From the NCBI GenBank assembly GCA_034780895.1, contig JAUZTB010000033.1, forward strand, positions 10,447,477 to 10,511,476: a stretch of DNA of 64,000 nucleotides, written 5' to 3'. Position numbers and translations under genes: made by a program. The notes under the pieces were generated by a model that was not told the DNA's origin, did not search any database, and worked only from the letters and a program-made list of their open reading frames with translations. This DNA is from Rhynchobatus australiae (Eukaryota). Of this stretch, positions 12,263-25,591 are shown one piece after another. Numbering within the stretch: position 1 is the stretch's first letter; every line of letters begins with the position of its first letter.

Positions 12263-13339
12263 AATTGGAAATCACTTTCAAAAGTGTCAGTATCCTCAAA
12301 ATATTTAAAAGCTCCAATTTCTGGTGGGTTGGAGTACATAAAAGAAGAATATTTATTGCAGTTGTAGAGGCACATCCAGTGTACTGTGAACAATTTTGTT
12401 CCTCTATTTATGATGAGNNNNNNNNNNNNNNNNNNNNNNNNNNNNNNNNNNNNNNNNNNNNNNNNNNNNNNNNNNNNNNNNNNNNNNNNNNNNNNNNNNN
12501 NNNNNNNNNNNNNNNNNNNNNNNNNNNNNNNNNNNNNNNNNNNNNNNNNNNNNNNNNNNNNNNNNNNNNNNNNNNNNNNNNNNNNNNNNNNNNNNNNNNN
12601 NNNNNNNNNNNNNNNNNNNNNNNNNNNNNNNNNNNNNNNNNNNNNNNNNNNNNNNNNNNNNNNNNNNNNNNNNNNNNNNNNNNNNNNNNNNNNNNNNNNN
12701 NNNNNNNNNNNNNNNNNNNNNNNNNNNNNNNNNNNNNNNNNNNNNNNNNNNNNNNNNNNNNNNNNNNNNNNNNNNNNNNNNNNNNNNNNNNNNNNNNNNN
12801 NNNNNNNNNNNNNNNNNNNNNNNNNNNNNNNNNNNNNNNNNNNNNNNNNNNNNNNNNNNNNNNNNNNNNNNNNNNNNNNNNNNNNNNNNNNNNNNNNNNN
12901 NNNNNNNNNNNNNNNNNNNNNNNNNNNNNNNNNNNNNNNNNNNNNNNNNNNNNNNNNNNNNNNNNNNNNNCTCTATCAAGTCACCTCTCATCCTCCTCCT
13001 CTCCAAAGAGAAAAGCCCTAGCTCACTCAACCTATCCTCATAAGACACATTCACCAATCCAGGCACTGACTGCTGCACCTATGCGCAAGAATGCAGCAAT
13101 TGACACAAGAGTTGCTAAGAGGTCTAAGCTATTTTAAACAGTTTGCCCTTGGACTTATTATAGAACCCAACCCAAACTGTACATTAACCCAATCAACACT
13201 GTGCTACAAAATACTGAAGTGCAATTTCTCCTTCTCATTAGAAGTAGTAACAAGCAAGGAAAACATAAAAAGCATAAATTAATTTAACCACAATTGTCAA
13301 TGGCCTGCAACTTCCCTTAGAGTCACTAAGGATTCAGAA

Positions 13340-15000
13340 TAACTGTTTTTCACTCAGTCTGTGGGTTCTGAGGTCTGCAAAAGCCACCGTCGATCTTGCA
13401 GACTTGATTGGGCAAGCTAGTGGTTAGTCTGGGGAGTGGAGCTTCTGCTTTTTACACTGGGCTTCTGTGTGCTCCTGATGCATGGACTTGAGATTCTCAA
13501 GGCCACCCTGAATACTCCTTCAAGTGTTCATGGGCCACGGATTTCCAAAAGTCCATTGGGCTATTACACCTTTTCCCAGGAGCTTTGAGGCCTTGAATCT
13601 ATTCTTCTGGCATTGATAATCTCTTCTTGTGACAGAGCTCAGAATAAGTAGACTGTGTTAGGAGCCTACTGTTAGGCATTGGTCTGATTGGCCTGTCCCT
13701 CTGAGCTGTGTTATTTGGGCTATTGCCCTGGAGAGGACACTCTCATTTGTTCGGTTATCCTGCCAATGAACTTGGGGGAAGTTTGGACATACTGGTGTCT
13801 CTTCACGCTTTAAGCTGTCAGCTGTAGGTAGTCCAGGACTCAGAGTAATACTGGAGACAAGGGATCACAGCTGGCTGGTAGACCACATGTTCTGTGCTAG
13901 GCTTGAGGTCTTATCTCCGAATTCTTTTCCTCTCAAGGCCAATGAGTGTGCTGTTGTACTGTCATCATCGGCATCTACTTTTGCTGAAAGGTTGCCCCTG
14001 AGATATGGAAACTGGCCAATGTTTTCCAGGGCTTTGCTGTTGTGGGGTTTGTTGGAGGACCTTTGTTTGTGGGTGATAAGTCCAAGGCCTGTTCCCTCCT
14101 TCATCACAGTGAACAAGCCGATGAAGGCTTGGAGCTCGTCCTCCAATGTCCACGTACACAAGTGTAGTCTGTACACAAGTGCAAAGGATCAGAGTAAATG
14201 GCAGAAGTGCTCCACTTCCCAGACTGGCCTGCTCCATTAAGCACCTGCTCCCCATTATGCAGCATCTGTGGGAAGAGAAATGGAGTTAACATTTCAATCC
14301 TAAAAATCCTAATCTGATTGCGGTAACTACAGAGGAGTTACCCTGCTGTCTGTCACTAGGAAATCTAGTATTTCCTAATACAGATATCTGTATCTCCTTC
14401 CACAGATGCTGCCTGACCTGCTGAGTGTTTCCAGCATTTTGTTTTGGGTCAGTTTCCCACTTATCCACAGTGAGCTCACCTCCAACAAGCTCCCTGCTGA
14501 AGTGGAGGGGTAGTGTTGCAGTGAGAAAAATTGAGAAAAGTGTTGGAGCAATGGAGCAGTCTTGCTTGACACCAATGTACACTGGGATTGGATTTATTGT
14601 GGACTTCTTGATTAAGATCACAGCCTGCTCGCCATCATAGAGCAGGATGGTGATTAACTTTTGAAGGCAGCCAATTCTGAGTATTTTTGAGTTTTGCAGT
14701 CCTTGATTGATGGAATGAAAAGCATTCATGAGGTCAGGAAAGGTCATGTATGGTGGCTGATGCTGCTCTCTCGGGAGTTGTTACGGGATGAAGATTATGT
14801 TCATTGTGCGTCTGGATTCTCAGAATCCACATTGCAACTGGGGGAACAACACTGGCCACTGGGAGGAGATAGCTGAGGAGAACCTTGGTGGAGATTTCCT
14901 AGTGACAGACAGCATGGTGACTCCTCCGTAGTTACCGCAATCAGATTTGTTTCCTCTCTTGAAGATGACTAATGATTGCAGTCCCCGGGCATCTCATCCT
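13340..15000 (-). mobile_element. RTE-clade LINE, heavily decayed
   Basis: Minus-strand peptides GVKQDCSIAPTLFSIFL and LENIGQFPYLRGNLSAKVDADDD match RTE RT motifs GVKQGCxLAPTLFSIF and LExVxxFxYLGSxLS. Interrupted by a Penelope-type fragment at about 14385-14450. Confidence 0.75.
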
Positions 15001-15687
15001 CTTTCTGGACTTGAGGGAGAACAATCTGTATCACCACAAGGTTAACTGTTGTTGATTAAAGTTAAGGTCAGTTAATTACTTAATGATCATAAATTCACAC
15101 TCATGAATGCAGCAGACAATTAAATGTTGACTTTTTGCAATATTATAGCATTAATTAGTTATTTTCAATGTTGATATCCAAGTTTAATAAATGCTTTTAA
15201 TGAATTTAATTTCCCAGTCTATGAATAACTGGAATGGTCCCAACACATATCCACCTCTCAGTGAAAGAAGGAACTTCACTTATAAATTGTCTTTTTATGA
15301 TCTAGGGACATCCCAAAGAATGTTTTAGACACGTATGTTTGATGAATAATCACTGAAATAATGTAGGAATCATCGCTCTTCATTACCTTGGTCCTAAAAA
15401 CAAGCACCAGTGAAAAGCCATGGACCATCAGAGGCAGTAAAGGAACCAGCTGGGACCAAAGGAAACACAAGCCCTGATGATGCTACAGAAGGAGTGACTC
15501 TAGATTCAGCCCCAGTCACACCCTGACCCTACCCCCAAAACCCACATGATGCTACCATAGAAGCAGTGAAGATGGATGCTACAGAAGAACCAAAAATGGA
15601 TGCTATTTAAGCAGCGAAGAAGCAATAATGGATTCCCTGATGAAGTTACAAAAGGAGCAAAACTGGATTCGGCAGCGTACATCATGA

Positions 15688-16224
15688 TTTTACATTCCAA
15701 TGAGAATAAACCCAGCCTACCCAATCTCTCTTTATAACTACAGCCCTCCTTTCCAGGCAATTTCCTGGCGAATTTCTTCTGTATTCTCTTTAATGCTACC
15801 ATATCCAAGCTGTAGTGAGGCAACCTGAACAGTATACAATACTCCAATATGATGCCTTGGTGAGTCCTATACTCAATGCCTCAGCCTATGAAGGCAAGCC
15901 CACTAAATACCTTCTTCATTACCCTATCCACCTGTGTTGCCAGTCTCAGACTTACACCCCAAGGTTTCTCTGTACATTAATACTTCTAAGGGTCCCTGCC
16001 ATTTACACTTTATTTCCCACCAGAATTTGATTTCCCAAAGCGCATTACCTCACAACTGTCTGGCTTACATTCCACTTGCCACTGTTTTGCCCAACTTTCT
16101 AGCTGATGTGTGTCCTGCTGTATCCTTAAGACAACCTTTTTCACCATCTATAACCACCAATTTTGGTACTGTTGGCAAATTTACTAATGATACCCATTAC
16201 ATTCTTATCCAGTGATTTAAAGTA
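15688..16224 (-). mobile_element. CR1-type LINE fragment
   Basis: Minus-strand peptides ISKFANSTKIGG and EYCILFRLPHY...LKRIQKKFARKLPG. Confidence 0.85.
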
Positions 16225-17519
16225 NNNNNNNNNNNNNNNNNNNNNNNNNNNNNNNNNNNNNNNNNNNNNNNNNNNNNNNNNNNNNNNNNNNNNNNNNNNN
16301 NNNNNNNNNNNNNNNNNNNNNNNNNNNNNNNNNNNNNNNNNNNNNNNNNNNNNNNNNNNNNNNNNNNNNNNNNNNNNNNNNNNNNNNNNNNNNNNNNNNN
16401 NNNNNNNNNNNNNNNNNNNNNNNNNNNNNNNNNNNNNNNNNNNNNNNNNNNNNNNNNNNNNNNNNNNNNNNNNNNNNNNNNNNNNNNNNNNNNNNNNNNN
16501 NNNNNNNNNNNNNNNNNNNNNNNNNNNNNNNNNNNNNNNNNNNNNNNNNNNNNNNNNNNNNNNNNNNNNNNNNNNNNNNNNNNNNNNNNNNNNNNNNNNN
16601 NNNNNNNNNNNNNNNNNNNNNNNNNNNNNNNNNNNNNNNNNNNNNNNNNNNNNNNNNNNNNNNNNNNNNNNNNNNNNNNNNNNNNNNNNNNNNNNNNNNN
16701 NNNNNNNNNNNNNNNNNNNNNNNNNNNNNNNNNNNNNNAGCCAAGACAACAGGTTCTCCGTCTACTATTGATGGGTCATCTTTTATAAAGTAAAATGCAC
16801 AGTATCTAGATTAGGAAAGGGTTGCAAAAACAGTGAACCATACTTCATGAAAAATAAATAAGGCTTTCATTTTTATTTTAAAAAGTACCCCACTTCTTAT
16901 ACTTTAAATTGAATAGACCTGCCCTCCCTTTTCATCCCAGTTGACACCAGTCAGTGATATTGGTCCATTGAAAAGTTATACCAGCCTTTTCCTAAGAGCA
17001 AAGGGAGGAAATATCATGGAGCTATGACAGGTCTTTCCTTGCATTTAGTTCCACCTTATCCTTAATATTCCTATATATATGGCTTTCTCTCTTATATCCA
17101 TCTACGCATTATTAACCATACTGCAAAAAGGATAAGCATTTACAGTTTTAAAAATTAGAACAGGTGGTTTAAAAAGGATTTAATTACAGACTTTAAACTA
17201 ACTACAACATCAACAAACTTAGTGCTGTCAGCATGCAGTTTCTCTTGGGAAAACAGCATGAAAATGCCATTATAACCTTTTGTTTGTCCTCAACTTTATA
17301 AAAAAAATCTGAATATCTGTAGTAATTACATAACGATTTACAAAACCCCCATGGCTTTCATAGGGATGAATACGTACAGACATATGGTACATTTCCTTGA
17401 AAAATAACATGATTAAGAGTAAAGAAAATTGATGTAAGAAAGAATTGTACATTATAAAATGTGTCTTTAGCAGGTGTACACAATTAAAGCTAGATCTACA
17501 ATAAATCAATATCGAAACA

Positions 17520-18829
17520 GGTTTACATAAATATAAGAAACATTTATTCTAAAATTTTATATCTAAGGTACTCATGACTTGTGGTTCAACTAATTAAAAT
17601 TTCTGTAGCAAAATATTAAGTCCAAGTTAGAAATATTGCTACATCACAGATATCCTGGGTTTTGCACCAATTCACGTGATGTACACTTCATGTATGAAGG
17701 CTTTGAATGCTGTACAGTCATCTGTTGAAATAGTGTAGGTGAGCTGAAAGATAAANNNNNNNNNNNNNNNNNNNNNNNNNNNNNNNNNNNNNNNNNNNNN
17801 NNNNNNNNNNNNNNNNNNNNNNNNNNNNNNNNNNNNNNNNNNNNNNNNNNNNNNNNNNNNNNNNNNNNNNNNNNNNNNNNNNNNNNNNNNNNNNNNNNNN
17901 NNNNNNNNNNNNNNNNNNNNNNNNNNNNNNNNNNNNNNNNNNNNNNNNNNNNNNNNNNNNNNNNNNNNNNNNNNNNNNNNNNNNNNNNNNNNNNNNNNNN
18001 NNNNNNNNNNNNNNNNNNNNNNNNNNNNNNNNNNNNNNNNNNNNNNNNNNNNNNNNNNNNNNNNCCACATATAAAATATTCTCTGACTTCCACAAACAAG
18101 TAACTACAATCAAAAATTTCCCTTTGCCACATAGGATCTTTTAAATCAATTCTATGATGTTTTATTAAATTACCTGGAATTTATAGTAATAATGACCAAG
18201 AAGCTATCATCCCTTACTGTTATAATAGAGAAAAGCTGATAGTAACTTCTTCAGCATGCACAACAGAGTATAAAAGTGGAAATCCTGAAGTCAATTCCAG
18301 TGACAAACTGTTCCACTACGGGTGCGTTGCTTTGCAAACTTCTCTAAATTAATCTTCAGAAATTAGTGAGTTGATTAGAACTCTGTTCTTACTACAAATG
18401 GTAACAACAATTTGTTTAATTTTCCAACTATAAAAACACCTAATTTTGTATGGGCTCCATTCCTACAATTGTTTCAAAATTCCATACCCATTTTTTAAAA
18501 AAAAGTTTTATGACATCTCAACCAATACCTTATCTCATGCGTGCTAGAGGGAAGGGACTGTGCACTGTAATCTGACAGCAGCTAGAGCAGATTTAATTCT
18601 GATTTTGGAATTCACGAGGGTGGGTGATGTATTACAGGAAGTCTGCTGAACTATTTCTTTACATTGCAAGTCAGTTTTTGACCCAAAAGGATTTATATAC
18701 AGAGAGTATATTCACCACAAATGAATCAGAAACATTTTTTAAACCTCCAGTTACTTTATCAGATTTTTTACTGAGTTTACCCTTGTGTAGGTCATTGCAA
18801 CTGAACTGAGTAGAATGACCTATAGTCAC
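17520..18829 (-). other. PPFIA1: Probable terminal 3'UTR exon of PPFIA1 (3' end approximate)
   Basis: Acceptor TTTTCTTCTACCTGTATCACAG before 18829. AU-rich, repeat-free sequence. AATAAA at 17543-17548 (others at 18161 and about 16872). Pumilio-type TGTATATA at 18694-18701. Confidence 0.6.
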
Positions 18830-19636
18830 CTGTGATACAGGTAGAAGAAAATGCAGTGCCTGTTTATTCAAGCCCTAAGATTATAAAGCAGTGGTTTGAT
18901 GAACTACGTTCATGATTAGCACACACAGCTAAAGAGGAAGCAACAACATATTGGGACATGTAATAGTCAGCTGAGGTCTAAAATGATAAAGCAATCTGCA
19001 GATGAATCACTCTAGCTCCTCTGGGAATAAACAATTACTGAGATAAGATCATTGCTGTTTCCCTTTACATAAGTAGTTGCAAATCAAAACTGCAATGTTG
19101 GATCGGCAAGTGCTGACATACATACGTGCGTGCAACAAGTTATTTCACAGAAGTACTGAAAGAGGCTATGAAGCAGGTTATCTATTACCCAGATGGCTTG
19201 AGAATAGCATGCTGTCTAAAAACCAGGAGAGCAACCCCCGTTAATGCTAAAAAAAAGGACCAAATAACAACGACCTCCTTATCACGCAAATGAGGGGAAT
19301 TTTTTCATTGCACAAACTTCCTTATAAAGTAGCAGGATAATTGAAAATTTGGTTGTGGCATTACTGTTCACAAATGCTGAATAGCATCAGAACTAAGATA
19401 GTGCAATAAAGAGGCATACACAACTAAACATTATTTTTATTAAAAGAAAATGAAGATACTCCAGTACCCACTCCTCCTCACAGCTATTCATTTACTGAGG
19501 GTGAAGAAGAAATCTCCATTTCAAAATAAAATTATGAACGCACCTAGCTATTTCCTCTGAACTTTTATTACTTTCTGCACGGGATCATGCAGAGATCATG
19601 GAAGACAGGAACTACTCTATGAACACTTACCCCAAA

Positions 19637-19695
19637 TTAACATGAATAGGTTCGTACAGTGGCAGAATCCATTCTTTGCTCTCCAGAAACATTGC
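19637..19695 (-). CDS. PPFIA1: Last coding exon with PDZ-binding C-terminus (GNVSGEQRMDSATVRTYSC*); exon extends to the donor at 19631
   Basis: CAG acceptor, TAA stop at 19637-19639, GGG|GTAAGT donor 6 nt later. Matches human GNVSGTQRLDSATVRTYSC. Confidence 0.96.
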
Positions 19696-22227
19696 CTGCG
19701 ATTTGCATCACGAGAAATAGCATGCAGAAAACATGCAGTTAGTTACAAATAAACCACCTTACAAATGCACAAAGCAAAACTGAACCAGTTAATCAGAGCT
19801 GAAAACCTGAGTTAAAAGGTTTCATAACAAATCAAAATTTTAAGCATGAATGTTGTTTTGAAACTAATATTTTAGAAGAAAATAGTTTTGCAGATTATGG
19901 CATAAACTCTATCTAAACAAGCTTTTACAAGGTGGCTTCACCATTGACACATCCTTACTGCATGAGGAATGCACTCCATTCCCTGTAATTTCCTGGCCAG
20001 TGTAGAGCTCCAATAAATGTTTATATTTAACAAAGAGCTTTAAACCAAGAACCTTAATAATTGCATCATTAGGGCCCAGATCATTTCTGGCAGCACCACT
20101 TCTGTTCCCCACTACAAGGGTAGTTACAAATCAAAATTTCAATGATCCATGACAAATATTAACAAATGCCCAAATGTAAAAGCAACAATTTATTTAATCT
20201 AAATTTTTTATGAAGCAGGAGGACACATATTTAACAAAGAACAGGAGTACTCTCTCTCTNNNNNNNNNNNNNNNNNNNNNNNNNNNNNNNNNNNNNNNNN
20301 NNNNNNNNNNNNNNNNNNNNNNNNNNNNNNNNNNNNNNNNNNNNNNNNNNNNNNNNNNNNNNNNNNNNNNNNNNNNNNNNNNNNNNNNNNNNNNNNNNNN
20401 NNNNNNNNNNNNNNNNNNNNNNNNNNNNNNNNNNNNNNNNNNNGGCAGCTAAATGGTAAACTGCCTCTCAATTTCTTGGTCTGACTCATCTTCCTTATTC
20501 CCATTTATTCAATCACATGGAAAAACTGGTGGAATTTCCTCCAAGAAAACTCACTAACACCCACATTTTAGTGACATAAATGCTGGTTAATCCATTATCT
20601 GAAAATGTTGACATACTCTGACACAAATGTGATCCTGCTAAGCAGTGATGGGTGTTAATGACAATTATACTGCATCTATTTAGATTTTAAATTGCGGCAA
20701 ATTTCTACACTAATACCTTATAACCAGCATGTTATTTTGGGATAAATCTAACAGTAGATGTAAAATATCAATAGTCTTTGTGCCCTGGCCTTTCCCCTCT
20801 ACAGTGCACTGAATATGTAATGGCCACTTAATGGGACTTCACCCAACTGAACATTTTTCATTAACCATGAGAGCAAATGCTGCCTACACAAGGCAAGAAA
20901 GAAAAATGTGTTGTCTCAAACACTATGGGGACTTTCCAAGCCACATTACAAAAGAATACAGGGAGAGAGAACTATTTGGCCTCTCTTGCCTGTTCCACCA
21001 TTAACAGAAGTCATGGCTAATCTGTAACCCAACTACACAGACACACTTTCTCCCCAGTATTTCTCAGTACCTTTGGTTATCAAACAATTGATTCAGCACT
21101 GATTGCTGTTTTCAAGCGAACATTCAAAATTTCTACTACCACTGCATGTGAAAGTGCCAAATGGGAGCTTTCACAATCATTAATAGTTGTGAAGCCTAGT
21201 CAGAGTTGTGCAGGAATCTGGCACAGCCAGCTCCCACAGCAACAATATGACAATGATTAGATTTCCAGGTGCTGGTTGAGGATAAATACTGAATAAGACA
21301 GCAGGCATCATTTATGTTACCACGGGATCTTTTACATGCATCTGAGGGGAAAGAGGCCTCAATTTACCATTCTATCCCAACAGAGCCACCTGTATAGCAC
21401 TCCATCAGAAATGCATTGGAATGTCAGCCTGGATTACAAGTTTAAACGTCTGACGTGGAACTTGAATTCACAGCATTGGTGGTGCAAGTCTTGTCAATTG
21501 AGCTACAGCAAGCAGAAACACAGCCAAGCCAAATGCTATCCTGTAACAGGACAGCAGCTCAAGACTAGCAGCAGGGACTTNNNNNNNNNNNNNNNNNNNN
21601 NNNNNCGTGAATGCTAATGCTTCTTGGCCCTGGCTTGTTCACCACAGACCTGAACAGACAAGGTCCAAGCAGAAATCTACACGAATTTGCTTAACTCAAC
21701 TGTGATACTGATTTTAAAATTCTAACTGATACACTGGTGTATCATGTCATATTATAATTCCTCATAATTTCAGAGGAATGTGTTGAGAACTAAATCATCT
21801 ACATTATGGACTTGCAAAGTTTTAAATTAGATTAAAGAAATATCATAAAAGGCAGTTTCAAGATTGTGAGAAAGGAAAATGAGTTAAAAATATTGAAGCA
21901 TTTTCTGAAACATTTTAGAAAATCATTTTAGATATAATTTTGCTATTTGAGTGCAAAACCATTTTGCAATATGCTAATATGCCACAATTGAAACAAAATA
22001 GGATTTTGAACTGTGATCTAGCATTCACTGTCAAGGTGTATAGCAAACTGGTTTCCTGTTATTTTACAGTGCGTCTTATCAAATAGAGCTAAATTAATTT
22101 TGAAGTGCTTGTACATGCAAAGACCATTCAAAATCTGTAAATATTTTCAGGATGTATCCAACAACAAAGAGTAGAATACATATTGAATGTGTCAATTAAT
22201 GTCACCCAACAGGAAATCAATACACAC

Positions 22228-22393
22228 CATCTGTTTGCATTTTCTTTTGCTGCATGGAGGGCGAAGATATTGTTGAGGTAACTCTAAAATTAGCAGGCAG
22301 TGTCTCTGCTGATCCAGGTGTCATACCCCTTACATCCTTTGGTCGGAACTTCTTTCTCCAGGAAGGAGCTCGCCTGAAACCTTTTTCATCATC
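22228..22393 (-). CDS. PPFIA1: Liprin-alpha-1 exon (DDEKGFRRAPSWRKKFRPKD...SPSMQQKKMQTD)
   Basis: AAG acceptor, ATG|GTGTGT donor, 166 nt (phase 0 to 1). Matches human DDDKSFRRAPSWRKKFRPKD...PSMQPKKMQMD. Confidence 0.96.
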
Positions 22394-22624
22394 CTTAAGC
22401 GAAAGCACACATTAGTTATCCCGGGTTATCCATTGTTATATACAGTTTCCTCTCCAACATGCGAAATACATGCAGATTTACTAACTCTAAGCAATACGAG
22501 TTTACACTCAAGTACAATAAAGTTTCTTTGAACAGATGTCACTAAATCACCAGTTATATATGAAAATTAAATGAATGGGGGAGAATTANNNNNNNNNNCA
22601 CAGTATGTTATATTTAAATCTTAC

Positions 22625-22693
22625 ATCATCTAGTCTCCTGTCCGTTCCTACAGCCAAGAGGTTGTTAAATTCTCTCTCCAGTGACTGACGGGC
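22625..22693 (-). CDS. PPFIA1: Liprin-alpha-1 exon (ARQSLEREFNNLLAVGTDRRLDD)
   Basis: CAG acceptor, GAT|GTAAGA donor, 69 nt (phase 0-0). Matches human ARAVLEREFNNLLVMGTDRRFDE. Confidence 0.95.
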
Positions 22694-23134
22694 CTGTGAA
22701 TGTAAATTCATAATTACTTTTTAATGTAAACTAAAAAAGCCTTTAAATGAAGTCATCCAAGACAAATTCTAATACAACTCCACATGTAAAGAAACCAATT
22801 AACCAAACTAAAGCCAGCATCTCCAGATAGGGTAATGGAAGTAATTACTCAGAATCGCAACAAATTCCAACTGGAATGTCATTATCCTTTCAGTTTTGGT
22901 TGGAACGGGACCCGTTACCTCAGCAAAATCACTTCCTATGCACTGCAGCAAGACAGATGTTAATTTTACTTAACAGCAAAACCTGAATAAAGCCAATAAA
23001 CTTTACCTAAATCTTTCCAGCAAAACTTAAAATGCATAAAAAAAATACAAAACGCAAAGGAAAAACTCAGCGTGTCAGGCAGCATCTGTGGAAAGAGAAA
23101 CAGCTAATGTTTCAAGTCAGCAACCACTCTCTCA

Positions 23135-23532
23135 TTACCATTTATAAAGCACCTTTAGTATCTCTTTTAGAACATCACAAGACACTTTAAAGTCAATGAA
23201 GTACCTGTTTTGGAAAAATAGGTAAGAGTAGCAATGTCAGCAACATGGCAGCCGGTTTGTACACAGACAGCTCACATTAGCATCAATGTGATAATGACCA
23301 GGTACTTTTTCTGGTGCTAGAAAATAACAGATTGGCCAGAACTTGAGTAATTTCCCTTCTCTTCTTTGAGATGGTGCTATGGGATCTTTTGTATCCAGCT
23401 GAAGCAGATGGATCCTTTGGGTTAACATTGTGTGTAAAGAAAGATACATTTCAGGATATGCTTTGAGCTGAGTTCAAGTCTCTGGAGTGGGACTTGAACT
23501 GAGAGGAGAGGGTACTACCCACTGAGCCACAA
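23135..23532 (-). mobile_element. Old SINE, Deu-domain/SacSINE-like; related copies at about 21200-21510 and 60860-61225
   Basis: Minus-strand head tggctcagtgggtagtaccctctcctctcag...gttcaagtcccactccag, aaaagatcccatagcac core and aaagtgtcttgtgatgtt...aggtgctttataaatg tail. Family name is from memory. Confidence 0.55.
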
Positions 23533-24836
23533 CTTACACTGAACAGATCTTCTAGGTGAAGGCAAGTTTAAATTGAAAAGCATTTATTTTCTATTACATC
23601 AGTTCTAGATTGCATCCTTTTGATGTTGAGAAAACAAAATCATTCACAGCTTTCAGCATTGTTCAATTTTCAAGCATAATTCCTGTTTGAAAAACATAGT
23701 GGTTAGGAGCTGTGAGCATGCTACATTGGTGCTGGAAGCGTGCTAGAACATTCTATGTAAAAAGATGTATTTCATTATGTCTTGGTGTACATGTGACTAA
23801 TAAAGAAATCTTATCACATTGTGGTTACTCTCTCCTTCCTAGAATTCAGAGGCCTAATTGCAAGTACACTGGCAGTAATAACAGAATTCAAATCAAAGAT
23901 AACGATACAAGGAATTAATTTGGTGAGAGGCAGCTGCACTACACAAAAGACAAGTACAATAAAAGAAAATAGGGAGTATTCAGGAGAGCAAAATTACATC
24001 CCTGCACAGTAGAATAGCCTTCATGATCATTCTCTGACTGGNNNNNNNNNNNNNNNNNNNNNNNNNNNNNNNNNNNNNNNNNNNNNNNNNNNNNNNNNNN
24101 NNNNNNNNNNNNNNNNNNNNNNNNNNNNNNNNNNNNNNNNNNNNNNNNNNNNNNNNNNNNNNNNNNNNNNNNNNNNNNNNNNNNNNNNNNNNNNNNNNNN
24201 NNNNNNNNNNNNNNNNNNNNNNNNNNNNNNNNNNNNNNNNCAAGTGGGTGTGGTGGGGGGGGGAGGGGGGGAGGCGAAGAGAGCAGGAGTAAAAGCTGCC
24301 CAAACTGCATAGCTTTCTTGGTCTGGAACTGGCATAAATGTCAAGTAGCCAACCAGCTCATCACATAAGAGGACAGAAGATTGGTTGGCTAACGGGAAAC
24401 TGAGAGGACATACAAGTGTTTTCTTTCTGGTTGGCAAGATCTAACAAAGGGTGCACTTAGGGATCGGGCTTTTTTTTTACAAATAATTTGGATGAATGCA
24501 CGAAAGGCATGGTTATTAAATTTGCTGACAACTCAAAGATAGATAGGAAAATAACAATTTCTCTTTGTAGCTCCTTATGTGAAGGAGCAAAGATCTGGCA
24601 AATAAGTATAATGCAGGAAAAGCAAAATCATTCATTTTGGCAGTAAAAGTTAAAAATAAAGCAAATTAACTGAATGATTGTAGACTGCAGAGCTCTGAGA
24701 TACAGAGGGATCTGGGTGACTTAGTGTATGATTGCAAAAAGCTAGAATCCAAGGTGGCTAACAGAATGTGATCGCTTATTGCTGGGGGAATTGAATACAA
24801 AAGTTGGGAGATTATTCTTCACTTACATAGGGCATT

Positions 24837-25591
24837 GAACATAGAACATTACAGCACAGTAAAGGCCCTTCAACATTTTATCCTGCTCTAATATCTATTT
24901 CACCCTTCCCTCCCACATAGCCCTCCATTTTATCATTCATGTGACTATCTAAGAGTCTCTTAAATGTCCTTAACGTATCTGCCCCCACAACTTCTGCAGG
25001 CAGTGCGTTCCAATCACCCACCACTCTGTGTAAAAAAATTTAATTCTGACATCCCCCTTATACCTTCCTCCAATTACCTTAAAATTATGCCCCCTCGTGT
25101 TAGCCATTGTTGCCTGGGAAAAAGTCTCTGACTGTCCACTCGATCTATGCCTCTTATCATCTTCTACACCTCTATCAAGTCACTGCTCATCCTCCTTTGC
25201 TCCAAAGAGAAAAGTCCTAAGCTCACTCGACCTATCTTCATAAGACATGCTCTCCAATCCAGGCAGCATCCTGGTAAATCTCCACAGCTTCTCTGAAGCT
25301 TCCATATCCTTCCTATAATGAGGCGACCAGAACTGAACACAATACTCCATGTGTGGTCTGACCAGAGTTCTACAGAGCTGCAACAATACCTCGCAGTCTT
25401 GAACTCAATACCCCAACTAATGAAGGCCAATACAACCATACGCTTTCTTAACAACCCTATTGACCTGCGTGGCAACCTTGAGGGATCTATGGACATGAAC
25501 CCCAAGACCCCTCTGTTCCTCCACACTGCTAAGAGTCCTGCCATTAACCTTTATTCTGCCTTCAAATTCAATCTTCCAAAGTGTATCACTT
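24837..25591 (-). mobile_element. Young CR1-type LINE 3' end; an older plus-strand CR1 fragment at about 24380-24837 abuts it
   Basis: Peptide LQLCRTLVRPHMEYCVQFWSPHYRKDME, and tail ...ctgtgctgtaatgttctatgttc. Confidence 0.9.
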
